Shown: in pieces, positions 10,047 to 19,672 of the stretch | How positions within the stretch are numbered: position 1 is the first letter of the stretch | Layout: each line of letters starts with the position of its first letter | Source: Candidatus Micrarchaeota archaeon | GTDB taxonomy: Archaea > Micrarchaeota > Micrarchaeia > Micrarchaeales > CABMGC01 | Reading direction: 5' to 3' | NCBI GenBank assembly: GCA_021797995.1 | Contig: JAJZYR010000001.1 | Location: 79,342-143,341 of the forward strand | Length of the DNA stretch: 64,000 bases | Position numbers and translations under genes: made by a program | Notes under the pieces: generated by a model | The model's input: only the letters and a program-made list of their open reading frames with translations | Told to the model about the DNA's origin: nothing | The model's database searches: none

Positions 10047-10111
10047 GCCACCAACGCCTTTATTATGGAGTAGATGCTTTATATCCGCGCATGGAGTGCT
10101 GCAGGCGCAGC

Positions 10112-12520
10112 CTATTGGCCGAGGCCGAGGCGCGTGAATGCCGCAACCTTTACTGCATCATTTACGAACATGAAGGCGATAGAGAGCGCGAAGACCGATA
10201 GTATCGGAACGAGCCCTATGCGCGGTATGAGGATTCCGAAATATGAGAGCACGACGCCTGCGAGGATCCCGATTGCGGATGAGAAGACAAGAGCTGCGCT
10301 GGGCCTCGACTTCCAGAAGGCGCGGCGCTCCCTCAGATTGAATACCGTCAGCTTGTCAGTGACGTCGAACATGAGGAAGATAAGCGTCTGGAATTGCAGT
10401 ACGGTCATGTTGAATAGCCCGAAGCCAAGTGGCACAAGTACAAGCGACTCCGCGATCAGCATGACCCCGAAGATCCCTGACGAGTACATGATCGACCGTA
10501 TATTCCACCTGTCTGGGCTCCTCGAATAACCAGTATTGTCGGTGGCGATTGAGATGTTTGCTATGTCATTTGTGAATATCAGCAGGATAAGGAGGAAGGT
10601 GGTTATGGGTATGAACTTAAACGCGATGAATGCGATCGCTACAAAGCCGACTATCTGGAAGACCTTGGCGACCTTTGCCATCGTGTAGACTAGCATGCGC
10701 TCGAATATTCTCCTGCTCTCCTTTACCGCGTCGACTATAACGCCTATGCCGTTCTTTGTAAGCACCAGGGCGGCGGAGCTCTTCGCAACGTCGGTAGCCG
10801 TGGCGACTGCGATTCCGACCTCGGCCTCCCTGAGCGCCGGGGCGTCGTTTACCCCGTCTCCGGTCATCCCCGTGACGAAGCCCATGCCCTGAAGGGCCTT
10901 GACTATCGTAAACTTGTCCTCAGGATACACCGCGGCGAAGCCGTCGGCCTTTATCGCAGCGCTGCCAAGCGATCCGCGCCGCCTGTCCATCAGGATTATG
11001 TTCTTGCCGATCCCCACCTCTCCCGCAATCTCGTCTGCAACAGGCAGGCTGTCCCCTGTTATCATCTTCACGGATATTCCAAGGCTTATAAGTTCGCCGA
11101 CAAGCCGCTTCGCCTCGGGCCTCGGGGCGTCGTAGAGCGCTATCAGGCCGGAGAGCTTCCATCCCGACCTTCCCGACTTTACAGCAACGGCGATGGCCCG
11201 CAGGCCGTTCCCCGCGAGCCTGGAGGCCTCGGCGTCGACCTGTTTCCTCTCCCGGCCGGAAAGGCTGACCAGCTTCATCACCGAGAGAACCGAACCCTTC
11301 GTAACCTCGTATGCCCTGCCTGAGCTGCCTCCGGAGATCTTTGCCTCAGTTCTCTTCGTGGACGGATTGAACGGGCTGAATGAGATCTGGTTGCCGGCCT
11401 TTATGCCCATCCCTGACGAGTAATCGAGCACCGCGTTGTCTATGGGATCGTTGTCCTCGAGCCTGGAGGCCTCGGCGGCGTACCTTACAACCGTCTCGTC
11501 GCTCTGGCCGTATGGCACCACTTTCTTCACAGTTATGGCATTTTTGGTCAGGGTGCCGGTCTTGTCGATGCAGAGCACCTTCATGGTCGCAGTGTCCTCT
11601 ATCGCCTCAAGCTTTGTCACGAGCACTGACTTCTTCGACAGTTTTGCAGTTCCCAGCGCCATCGCTACGGTAAATGCAGCAGACAAGGCCACTGGTATCG
11701 AGGCGATGAATACGACAAGCAGGAAAGGCAGCAGTATGGCGGTGCTGAACTTAAGCACGAAGACACCGTAGACGAACATCACCGAGACTATGGCGGCATC
11801 GCTTATGACAAGATACTTGACGAGCCTGAGTATCATGCCCTCAAGGTGCGACTTTGGATTTGCAACCTGCACGAGCTTCTCGACCATGCCGTACCGTGTA
11901 TGGTAACCGGTTCCAGTCACGAAGCACGTGGCCTCGCCGCGCTTGACCGTAGACCCTTGGTATACGCTGCCCTTTGGCCTTTTCTCCACGAGAAATGACT
12001 CGCCGCTTATCACCGACTCATCAATGGCAAGGGACTCGGACTCGATTATCTCCGCATCCGCAGGAACTATGTCCCCGAGCCTTATGCGTATCATATCCCC
12101 GGGCACCAGGAGCCTTGCAGGGATTGTGGACCATGAGCCATCCCTTAATGCCCTTGCATTTGAGGCAAGCATGCTCTTCAGGGCCATTATCGACTTGTCG
12201 GCCCTGTACTCTTCAAAGAAGCCGACGACCGCGTTGAGGACAAGAAGGGCTATGATTATGTAAAGGTCCTGAATGTGGCCGAGATAGAATGAAAGGAGGG
12301 CCACTGCCCAGAGCAGCAGCTGCACAGGCCCGTAGAACTTCCTCAGGAAGAGCAGGTAGTAATTCTTCCTCTTTTCGTTTACCTCGTTGTAGCCGTATCT
12401 GGCGAGCAGGCCCTGCGCCTCGGAAGAGGAGAGACCGTTCTTCCTGGCTGGTATTTTATCCATGTTCAGACCTTTTTGCAGCTTCTTTGGATGGGCACCT
12501 CGTGAAATCGCGCTTTCCAT
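10112..12520 (-). CDS. P-type ATPase, plasma-membrane H+-ATPase-like (type III)
   Basis: CIDKTGTLT phosphorylation site, MITGD, GDGVNDAPAL. The N-terminus GLSSSEAQGLLARYGYNEV is typical of type IIIA pumps. Ion specificity is inferred only. Confidence 0.8.
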   Translation of the reverse strand: MESAISRGAHPKKLQKGLNMDKIPARKNGLSSSEAQGLLARYGYNEVNEKRKNYYLLFLRKFYGPVQLLLWAVALLSFYLGHIQDLYIIIALLVLNAVVGFFEEYRADKSIMALKSMLASNARALRDGSWSTIPARLLVPGDMIRIRLGDIVPADAEIIESESLAIDESVISGESFLVEKRPKGSVYQGSTVKRGEATCFVTGTGYHTRYGMVEKLVQVANPKSHLEGMILRLVKYLVISDAAIVSVMFVYGVFVLKFSTAILLPFLLVVFIASIPVALSAAFTVAMALGTAKLSKKSVLVTKLEAIEDTATMKVLCIDKTGTLTKNAITVKKVVPYGQSDETVVRYAAEASRLEDNDPIDNAVLDYSSGMGIKAGNQISFSPFNPSTKRTEAKISGGSSGRAYEVTKGSVLSVMKLVSLSGRERKQVDAEASRLAGNGLRAIAVAVKSGRSGWKLSGLIALYDAPRPEAKRLVGELISLGISVKMITGDSLPVADEIAGEVGIGKNIILMDRRRGSLGSAAIKADGFAAVYPEDKFTIVKALQGMGFVTGMTGDGVNDAPALREAEVGIAVATATDVAKSSAALVLTKNGIGVIVDAVKESRRIFERMLVYTMAKVAKVFQIVGFVAIAFIAFKFIPITTFLLILLIFTNDIANISIATDNTGYSRSPDRWNIRSIMYSSGIFGVMLIAESLVLVPLGFGLFNMTVLQFQTLIFLMFDVTDKLTVFNLRERRAFWKSRPSAALVFSSAIGILAGVVLSYFGILIPRIGLVPILSVFALSIAFMFVNDAVKVAAFTRLGLGQ

Positions 12521-12738
12521 GCTCCCGGTCCGATCTCCTGCTGCCTCTTGAGGCAGCTATAGGATAATGCGGATATGCAATATATATTCAATATGTTAGT
12601 ATCTTGTATCTTTATAGTATTTGTAGTGCCGCTGCTGCTTTAGTTGCGCTCCGACTTACGCATGGCTGCAAACCAGCGGCTAAGCAAAGCCTTCCCGCCC
12701 ACAAGCTTTTAATACATACACTGCAAGTGATAAACGGG

Positions 12739-14172
12739 ATGCCAATGAACAAGATATCGATGCTGCTCTCAGTTGTCGCGGTAGTGGTTGTAGTGGTAGC
12801 TGCTGTGCTTCTGCTGTTTGCTCCGGGGCGCACTGCCCCATACACAGGTGCAGGCGGGAACTTCACTAGTGGTGCAGGGCAGTCGTATGCGCTAGCCTTC
12901 AGCCTTACTGACCCTCCGCAGGTGCCTCCCGGAACCAACGCGCTGGTAATTTCATACTCATCTGTGCAGGCGCATGAAGCCGGCTCAGGAGGCGGTGCGT
13001 GGATAAACGGCACGGGCAACGGGACGCTGAACCTGATGGCGCTTGTAAACAGCAGCCAGGTGATAGCAGGGGCGAACGTGCCCGCAAACGCATCAATAAA
13101 TCTCGTGAGATTTTACATCAGCTCCGCCTATATAACGATAAACGGCATATCGTACAATGTCACGGTGCCGAGCGGCGAGATAACCGCATCGCTTACCGGG
13201 AGCGCGAGGATAAACGGCAGCTCCTCGGCACTTATAGACCTCTCGCCCACTGTAGCGGCCATATATACGCAGAATTCCACCGTCTTTGTGCTGGTGCCTT
13301 CGGTAAAGGCCGTGATAGTCCCTGGGGAGGGCTCCGGAAGCGCCATTGGCTCTAAGGCCGGGCTTACATCCAGGGATAAGGCGGAGCTTGAAGCGGCAAG
13401 CCCTAACATTACAGTATCTGCATCGTCATTGTCGGCTTCAGGCAACGCCACCAGCTTCTCGGTGACGGTAAAGAACAATGCGAACTCGAACGTGATTATC
13501 CGGCATGTCACGCTCTTAGGCAATATCTCAGTATACGTGATCCCGGAGCTTGGAGTGAACGGGAATGCAGGCGCGAATGCGTCAGCAGCATCGCACGGCT
13601 CTGCTGGTGCATCCGGAGTGGATGTGGCCGCAGGGTCAGATGGCCATGATAATCATACTGGAATTGGAGGCACCGCCAGTGGCCTTGGAGTAAACGCCAC
13701 GGCAGGGGTGCAGTCACATGGCGGCTCCTCTGGACCCGGCGTGGAGCAGAATGCCTCTGCAAACGCCAATGGCTCTGCGGAGAATGCAGGAAACGGGCAG
13801 GCAAGAAGGGAAACCGAGCGCGGAATCGGCGTGGTGCTCCCTGTAAGTGCGAACCTCACCGCGAACGCCACCCTTGAAGCTGATGTACACGGACTTGTTG
13901 ATACCGGACTGAATATCGAGTCGATAAGGGCCATAACGTTTGCTGTGTCTGCCAATGGCACGCTTACGGTGCCTTCTTCAGAGCACGATCTTGAAGGAGG
14001 AGGCTATGCCCTTGGCGCCGGGAGTTCGGTAACCTTCAGCTTCAGCGGCAGCATCGGCTTCGGCAACGGGCACATCAAGGCCAACGTGGTGCCTGGAGAC
14101 GCATACGCCATATCGGTAAGGGGAGAGGAGGGCGCAAAGGCCTCTGCCAACGTGACTGCGCTTTCCGGATAA
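12739..14172 (+). CDS. membrane-anchored, sequon-rich extracellular protein (DUF4382-like N-domain, tentative)
   Basis: ATG 12739 (MPMNKISMLLSVVAVVVVVVAAVLLLF signal anchor) has cttttaatac about 27 nt upstream. Many N-x-S/T sequons and a central G/A/S/N low-complexity tract. The LTDPP...VPSGE pattern resembles DUF4382. Confidence 0.7.
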   Translation: MPMNKISMLLSVVAVVVVVVAAVLLLFAPGRTAPYTGAGGNFTSGAGQSYALAFSLTDPPQVPPGTNALVISYSSVQAHEAGSGGGAWINGTGNGTLNLMALVNSSQVIAGANVPANASINLVRFYISSAYITINGISYNVTVPSGEITASLTGSARINGSSSALIDLSPTVAAIYTQNSTVFVLVPSVKAVIVPGEGSGSAIGSKAGLTSRDKAELEAASPNITVSASSLSASGNATSFSVTVKNNANSNVIIRHVTLLGNISVYVIPELGVNGNAGANASAASHGSAGASGVDVAAGSDGHDNHTGIGGTASGLGVNATAGVQSHGGSSGPGVEQNASANANGSAENAGNGQARRETERGIGVVLPVSANLTANATLEADVHGLVDTGLNIESIRAITFAVSANGTLTVPSSEHDLEGGGYALGAGSSVTFSFSGSIGFGNGHIKANVVPGDAYAISVRGEEGAKASANVTALSG

Positions 14173-14330
14173 CCTGCTCCAGTGCGCCTAGGGTTGGCAT
14201 GCGCACTGAATGTATGTCCAGGGCAGGTCTGCAGTACTTGAGCTCAGATGGCACGGCTGGAATTGATTTTACCTTCTTGACGTTAGGCGGCGCAACGCCT
14301 TTATAATAATACCCTGCCAAAGCGGTATAT

Positions 14331-15653
14331 ATGGGAACAAAGAAACTGATCAGCGTCCCTGTCGCGACCGCCGTAGGCCTGGGGGCCATAATCGGCGCGG
14401 GAATATTCGTGCTTAGCGGGAGCGCCATAGCCCTGGCAGGGGCCGACGCAATCATAGCATTCCTGATAGTAGGATCGATTGCGGTGCTAGTGGCGCTTCA
14501 GATGGGGGAGCTCGGCTCGATCATGCCTGACACGCAGGGAGCGTCATATTCTTACGTGTACAATGCGTTCGGAAGCGAGCTTGGCTTCATAACCGGCATA
14601 ATATTCTATTTTAGCTCGGCCGTCGCAATATCGGCCATCTCCCTGGGCTTCGGATCTTACCTTGCAGGCCTTCTAGGCATGCAGTCGGTATACGCTGTTT
14701 ATCTGGCAATACCGCTGATTCTCGTGCTTGCCGCGCTGAATCTCCTTGGGATAAAGAAGGCGGCGAACGCAGACTTCGTGCTCGTCCTAATAAAGATGGC
14801 GGTGCTTGCACTATTCATAGCCTTTGCGCTTAACTTTGCCTTCGGGCTCGGCCACTTCAATCTCTCCAACTTCGGCGTATCGGCTTCGCAGGCTGGCCTG
14901 GCGCCGCTCGCAGCGGCGAGCATAGCGATATTCTTTGCATATTCCGGATTCCAGACCATAAGCACCTTTACCTCGGAGGTGCGCGGAGGGGCGCGTTCCG
15001 CAGCGAAGTCGATAATGCTTGCCGTGATCCTGAGTCTCGTCGTATACACAGCTGTCGTCATCTCTATGCTCCTGCTTGCCCCCTCGTCGGCATACAAGGT
15101 ATCGACTGCAGACCCCATCTCCCTTGCACTTAACGCCGTGTCGGCGCCATACGGCCTTGAGCTCCTTGTCGGCATAGGCGCACTGATAGCGACGGCTTCG
15201 GCAAGCCTTGCGATGCTCATGCGGTCCTCAAGGATAGTGTACCAGCTCGGGAAGGACGGGCTGCTTCCGCGGTTCCTGCGCAGGTACAACGCAAAAAAGG
15301 ACGTCTCGCCGAACGGTGTTCTGGTCACGGTTGCCATATCTGTGGCGGCGCTCTTTGCTGGAAACGTTTACATAATAGCCGCGATCTCCGCTTTCGGCGT
15401 TCTGTTCACATACCTCATGTCGAGCTTCGCCTTGGTGCACTTCCGCAGGATCGGGAAGCACGGCGGCTTTAAGGCGCCCCTCTATCCGTATATATCGGCA
15501 ATCTCGATAATCTTCCTCCTGGGATTCATGTACGGCATGCCTAGGGAAGCGCTGATTATAGGAATCGTGCTCATACTGGCGCTCATAATCACATACTACT
15601 TCCTGAGGGAGTATGACGAGAAGAAAATCGTGAAGACAAGGCTCTTCAGGTAA
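14331..15653 (+). CDS. amino acid permease (APC superfamily)
   Basis: 440 aa, about 12 TM segments, GAGIFVLSG N-terminal motif, and a TATA-like ctttataataat upstream. Confidence 0.75.
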   Translation: MGTKKLISVPVATAVGLGAIIGAGIFVLSGSAIALAGADAIIAFLIVGSIAVLVALQMGELGSIMPDTQGASYSYVYNAFGSELGFITGIIFYFSSAVAISAISLGFGSYLAGLLGMQSVYAVYLAIPLILVLAALNLLGIKKAANADFVLVLIKMAVLALFIAFALNFAFGLGHFNLSNFGVSASQAGLAPLAAASIAIFFAYSGFQTISTFTSEVRGGARSAAKSIMLAVILSLVVYTAVVISMLLLAPSSAYKVSTADPISLALNAVSAPYGLELLVGIGALIATASASLAMLMRSSRIVYQLGKDGLLPRFLRRYNAKKDVSPNGVLVTVAISVAALFAGNVYIIAAISAFGVLFTYLMSSFALVHFRRIGKHGGFKAPLYPYISAISIIFLLGFMYGMPREALIIGIVLILALIITYYFLREYDEKKIVKTRLFR

Positions 15654-15731
15654 GGGACGCGTGTCCATGGGGAACGGCGCACCGGGCACTTGCCCTTTGC
15701 TCTTGGCCATGATTCCATTCCAGCTGCAGGA

Positions 15732-16511
15732 TTATTCGGCCTTATGCCTTGCCTTTTTAGCGCTATCCTGGTCTCTGTCAAGCACCGACGTCAGCGACAC
15801 AGCCGCTATTGTCGCGGGATTTATCACGCTGCCGACGCCGAGGTCTGCAAGGTGCGCTTCCAGCTCCTTGTTGTGCACCACGACCGATATCTTGACCTCT
15901 TTTGCCAGCTTCCTTACGACGAGGACCACGTATACCGTCTTTGAGTCGTCCCTCAGGTCTATTACCACGTCGGTGGCCTTGGCAAGAAGGAACTTCTCCA
16001 TGTCCTGCTTTGAGGTATAGTCAGCAAGATACGCCGCATATCCCTTCTCCCTGAGCTCGTCGGCAAGGACCTTGTCTCCGGTTATTATTATGAATCTCCT
16101 CTTCTGCTCCGCGAGCCTCTGGGCTATGATGGCGTTTGTCGCATCGTATCCTATAAGCACTATGTGCCTGTTCATGCGCTTCCTGTCCACCCTTGACGCC
16201 CCGTGATACAGTTTCTCCACTCGCTCACTCAGAAAATCGCTCGAGAGCACCGTAACGGCGCTCAGGAATATACTTAAACCGGAGATTATTAAAATGATTA
16301 CAAAGATCCTTCCGGCCTCTGTAACAGGCACTATGTCGCCATATCCCACCGTTGATATCGTCACTATTGTAAAATAGAGTGCCTCTATTGGCGAGCTTAT
16401 GGCGACGTTGAAATTGCCAGACTGGCCTAGTATGTACGTGCCTAAGACCCCGTATACCAGGACACCGGCTATGGCGGAGAGGTATATTGCTATCCTGCTT
16501 TTTATTTGCAT
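15732..16511 (-). CDS. potassium channel with C-terminal RCK/TrkA-N domain
   Basis: TVGYGD selectivity filter after two TM segments. Followed by the Rossmann-like HIVLIGYDATN. Confidence 0.8.
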   Translation of the reverse strand: MQIKSRIAIYLSAIAGVLVYGVLGTYILGQSGNFNVAISSPIEALYFTIVTISTVGYGDIVPVTEAGRIFVIILIISGLSIFLSAVTVLSSDFLSERVEKLYHGASRVDRKRMNRHIVLIGYDATNAIIAQRLAEQKRRFIIITGDKVLADELREKGYAAYLADYTSKQDMEKFLLAKATDVVIDLRDDSKTVYVVLVVRKLAKEVKISVVVHNKELEAHLADLGVGSVINPATIAAVSLTSVLDRDQDSAKKARHKAE

Positions 16512-16634
16512 TTGTTTACCACCTTGCTCCTCTGCCAGGGCATGCTATGCGGCTCCTGAAGATTGTGTAATGCACGACTGAATTGGCGTGCAAATATATT
16601 TAAGGGCTGGCTGACCATCCTTCCTGCTGATTGC

Positions 16635-17858
16635 TTGAAGCTTAGTTCCGGCTGGTTCAAATTCCTGCTTGCCTCAAGGGCGATTAGGAGCATTGCGCTG
16701 ATATACATGACACTTGCCGCTCCGCTGTACCTGAACCTGATAGGCATAAGCGTGCCCGGGATAGGAATAATCTATGTGGCCGTTATGCTGCTTTCCGCCG
16801 CGCTGAACCTTTTCCTAGGAATGTTAGGGGACAGGAAGGGCTACAAGAAGGCGCTCATTCTGGCAGAGGTCCTCCCTATGCTCTCAGCCTTCACGCTGTG
16901 GTTTACCGGAAACGCCCCTGCAGTAGTGCTTGCGGTCATCTTCGGTGGCGTTGGAGGGGTTGCCGGGGGCATAAGAGGGGTATACTCTCCAGGAAGCACG
17001 GCCCTGGTGGCGTCAAGTTATCCGCAGGACGACGAACGGGTAAGAAAACTGGGAGCCTTGATAAAGATAGGCGCGGCCTTCAGCATCCTCGGGGCTATTA
17101 TGCTCATTGCCCAGTCATACCTGTTTGCAATTGTTGGAGCGGCGTATGCCTACAGGCTGCTCTTCCTTGCTGCGGCGGCAATGATGGCGCTGTCCCTGAT
17201 AAGCTTGATGTTCATAAAGGAGGCCAAAAGACCTAAAAAGACAACTAGGATGATGAAAAGAGCCAGCTTGGCATATACGCTAAAGGTGATCGCCTCTAAC
17301 ATGGCAAATGGGGCAGGGATGGGTCTTTCGCTGCCTCTCCTGCCCCTTATAATCGGGCTGGCGTTCCATGTGCCTGTCCAGTCACTCGGGCTCACTGTCG
17401 GCCTGGTTTACATACCGTCATATGCAGGGGTTGCGCTTGGATCGTATCTTTCCGGAAGGCATTCCATGAGGAACAATATCGTCAGGACGGCAAGTTATAC
17501 CAGGATGGCAAGCGGCAGTCTTATGATGGCCATGGGAGCAGTGATAGCCGCAGGATACTTTGACTTCTGGATACCGGTTTACCTGCTTGCCATAGTAACC
17601 CTGCTGTACCTGCTCAGGTCCGTAATTGCGGGCTTTGGCAGTCCTTCCGTCAATGCCGTAAACATAAAAGGGATAGACGCCGAGGACTATGGCACTGCAT
17701 CAAGCATACAAGGAGTGGCAGTTGGGGCCTCGATGTCCAGCAGCGGAGCAAGCGGCTTCCTCATGGATGCCTTTCTCCCACTACCCCTCTTCCTCGGCGG
17801 GGCCCTGCAGGCGGTAAGCGGGGTCTTGTATGGGAGATTCTTCACTGACAGGAAATAA
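16635..17858 (+). CDS. MFS transporter
   Basis: Multi-TM ORF. In-frame TTG at 16635 lies about 33 nt downstream of aaatatattta. The ORF track start at 16563 is also TTG, so the start is uncertain. Confidence 0.6.
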   Translation: MKLSSGWFKFLLASRAIRSIALIYMTLAAPLYLNLIGISVPGIGIIYVAVMLLSAALNLFLGMLGDRKGYKKALILAEVLPMLSAFTLWFTGNAPAVVLAVIFGGVGGVAGGIRGVYSPGSTALVASSYPQDDERVRKLGALIKIGAAFSILGAIMLIAQSYLFAIVGAAYAYRLLFLAAAAMMALSLISLMFIKEAKRPKKTTRMMKRASLAYTLKVIASNMANGAGMGLSLPLLPLIIGLAFHVPVQSLGLTVGLVYIPSYAGVALGSYLSGRHSMRNNIVRTASYTRMASGSLMMAMGAVIAAGYFDFWIPVYLLAIVTLLYLLRSVIAGFGSPSVNAVNIKGIDAEDYGTASSIQGVAVGASMSSSGASGFLMDAFLPLPLFLGGALQAVSGVLYGRFFTDRK

Positions 17859-18042
17859 CTGTTTAGTATTTTGAAGTTACTATTGGCAATTTATTACAGT
17901 ATAAGAGGCCATTGGCCTTTATGGCTCCTCGCACTGGCGATGCCAGAGCAAGAGGAGCGGCAGCCCTAGCCACCGTGAGGGCTTTTACCTGAGTACCTGC
18001 ATCATCGAGTAGATATAATATTTATTGTCCTCCAATGCATGC

Positions 18043-18228
18043 ATGCGTGATATGATGGAGAAGGTAGTGTTTGAATTTACACAGAATGGCCCGGTCCTGG
18101 TCAAAAAAGACGGAAAGGTGGAATTTGCCTTGTGCAGATGCGGCCATTCGACTAAAAAGCCGTTCTGTAGTGGAGCACATGTGGATGCAGGATTCAAAGC
18201 CGACCGCAGTATGCTGGAGCTGAAATAG
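18043..18228 (+). CDS. CDGSH-type iron-sulfur domain protein (variant motif)
   Basis: CRCGHSTKKPFCSGAH matches C-x-C-x2-S-x3-P-x-C-[D>S]-G-A-H. ATG 18043 lies about 25 nt after gatataatattta. Confidence 0.6.
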   Translation: MRDMMEKVVFEFTQNGPVLVKKDGKVEFALCRCGHSTKKPFCSGAHVDAGFKADRSMLELK

Positions 18229-18320
18229 CGGGACCTCGTGATAAGGCCAGTGAGGCGCCGTAAAAAGCGTTTCGCTTTCGCCCCACACTATTGTACTACG
18301 CCAGACAACACAGAATATAG

Positions 18321-19466
18321 CTACTGATAAACCAGAAGCGGTATCTTCATCTCCAGTTCAGACATGCCAGAATGGAAACCTCTATTATCGAACTTTCTTG
18401 GCTTTTCCAGGGGGTATTGGTATTTTATAATTCCATTATCCTTCATAAGTATCATATGCGTTCCAAATCTGTGCCTTAACCTATCGCTTACTGCCCGTTT
18501 TCCAAATATGCCAGAGTGAATAAGCGAATCGCTCTCTACGAGAAGTGCGTCGTTTCCGTATTTGCGCTCAAAGAATCCGGTTAGACTGTCCTCTTTGCCA
18601 GGCAAGGCACTTAAGCACATGACTCGTGAATCGCCCCATGGTGGCATTGAGATGTATCTCATGATCTCGTCACCGCTTTTTATTATAATCTTCTTCTTTG
18701 CCTCAATTTGACCATGATCCGAGGTTATTACTAAATTGTAGCCGCTCTTTTTCAAATGAGAGGCAAGTATCTGGTTCAGATCTCTGAAGAGTGAGAGCAC
18801 GCCCTGCTTTACTGACTCCGAGCTATAGCCATTTTTGTGTTCTAAGTGGTCTATTGAAGGATAGTAAGCGTATACAAACCACTCATCCCCTTTCTCAACT
18901 ATCTTCTTGAGTTTGACCATCAAGTCTGCAGAAGTATGATAACTGACATTTCTGCTGTTTTCAATGGTTCTGATGTTCTTTATGTCATCCGGATAGACTA
19001 TGCTTATACTGCCTTTATGTGCAGCTTTCTCAAGAATTGTCGGTTTGGCAAGCACACTGGCCATCCCTTCCTGGCTAAGGCTCGCCCTTCTCGAAAAAGC
19101 GATGGAATCTCTGTATGGCGTGATAACCACCCCGAACTCCTTATAATATACATCCCACCCTATCAAGCCGTGCTCTGCCGGCGTGAGGCCAGATTCCAAC
19201 GAATTCAGGATGGGAACGGTCGTGGAGGGGAACAATGTGCTTATCTTCTCCATATGCGCTTGATTTACAAGCGAGGCATTTGGCCCGTTTAGCATATCCT
19301 CTACCAGATTGTAGCCGAGTCCATCAACAACAAGGAATATCGTTTTCTCTCCAGCTCCAACGATGCCCTTTCTTCCCGACGCTATTCCCTTTATTACTGA
19401 CAGGTTGCTGTTCCCATATTCAGGAAGCACAAAACCATTATCCATAAGTTCGGATGTCAATTCCAT
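18321..19466 (-). CDS. alkaline-phosphatase superfamily enzyme, NPP/PglZ-like phosphodiesterase
   Basis: Ordered motifs VVDGLG, FPSTTVP (nucleophile Thr context), GLTPAEHG, YYPSIDHLEHKNG, ITSDHGQ and GFHSG. The gene is AT-richer than its flanks. Confidence 0.6.
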   Translation of the reverse strand: MELTSELMDNGFVLPEYGNSNLSVIKGIASGRKGIVGAGEKTIFLVVDGLGYNLVEDMLNGPNASLVNQAHMEKISTLFPSTTVPILNSLESGLTPAEHGLIGWDVYYKEFGVVITPYRDSIAFSRRASLSQEGMASVLAKPTILEKAAHKGSISIVYPDDIKNIRTIENSRNVSYHTSADLMVKLKKIVEKGDEWFVYAYYPSIDHLEHKNGYSSESVKQGVLSLFRDLNQILASHLKKSGYNLVITSDHGQIEAKKKIIIKSGDEIMRYISMPPWGDSRVMCLSALPGKEDSLTGFFERKYGNDALLVESDSLIHSGIFGKRAVSDRLRHRFGTHMILMKDNGIIKYQYPLEKPRKFDNRGFHSGMSELEMKIPLLVYQ

Positions 19467-19575
19467 AATATCAATTTTGCATTACTATTCTATAAAACTT
19501 GCCTACTACGCTTCCAACTACGTCTGACCGATATGTGGTACTGTCATCTAGCTACTTATGAAACCGCTATTGAAT

Positions 19576-19591
19576 GTGGATGGACTCTGCG
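19576..19591. repeat. direct repeat copy of the tRNA-Ala(GGC) 3' end plus trailer (att-like)
   Basis: gtggatggactctgcg here matches gtggaatggactctgcg at 21226-21242. That is an 11-nt exact core plus 5 further nt with a 1-nt indel. The second copy is the last 11 nt of the tRNA plus its 3' trailer. Confidence 0.65.
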
Positions 19592-19672
19592 ATAGTCAGT
19601 CATTGAGTATGATGTACAAACACTATCACCTGATGATGTTTAACATCAAACACAGTTATTCGCAGTCGCTTA

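Noticed and set aside
17930-17975. Inverted repeats between the MFS gene and the CDGSH gene (aggcca/tggcct; gctcctc...gaggagc)
   Set aside because: They are short, GC-rich palindromes in a convergent/terminator position. There is no second copy and no similarity to the tRNA-derived repeats, so they are most simply transcript-end structures.
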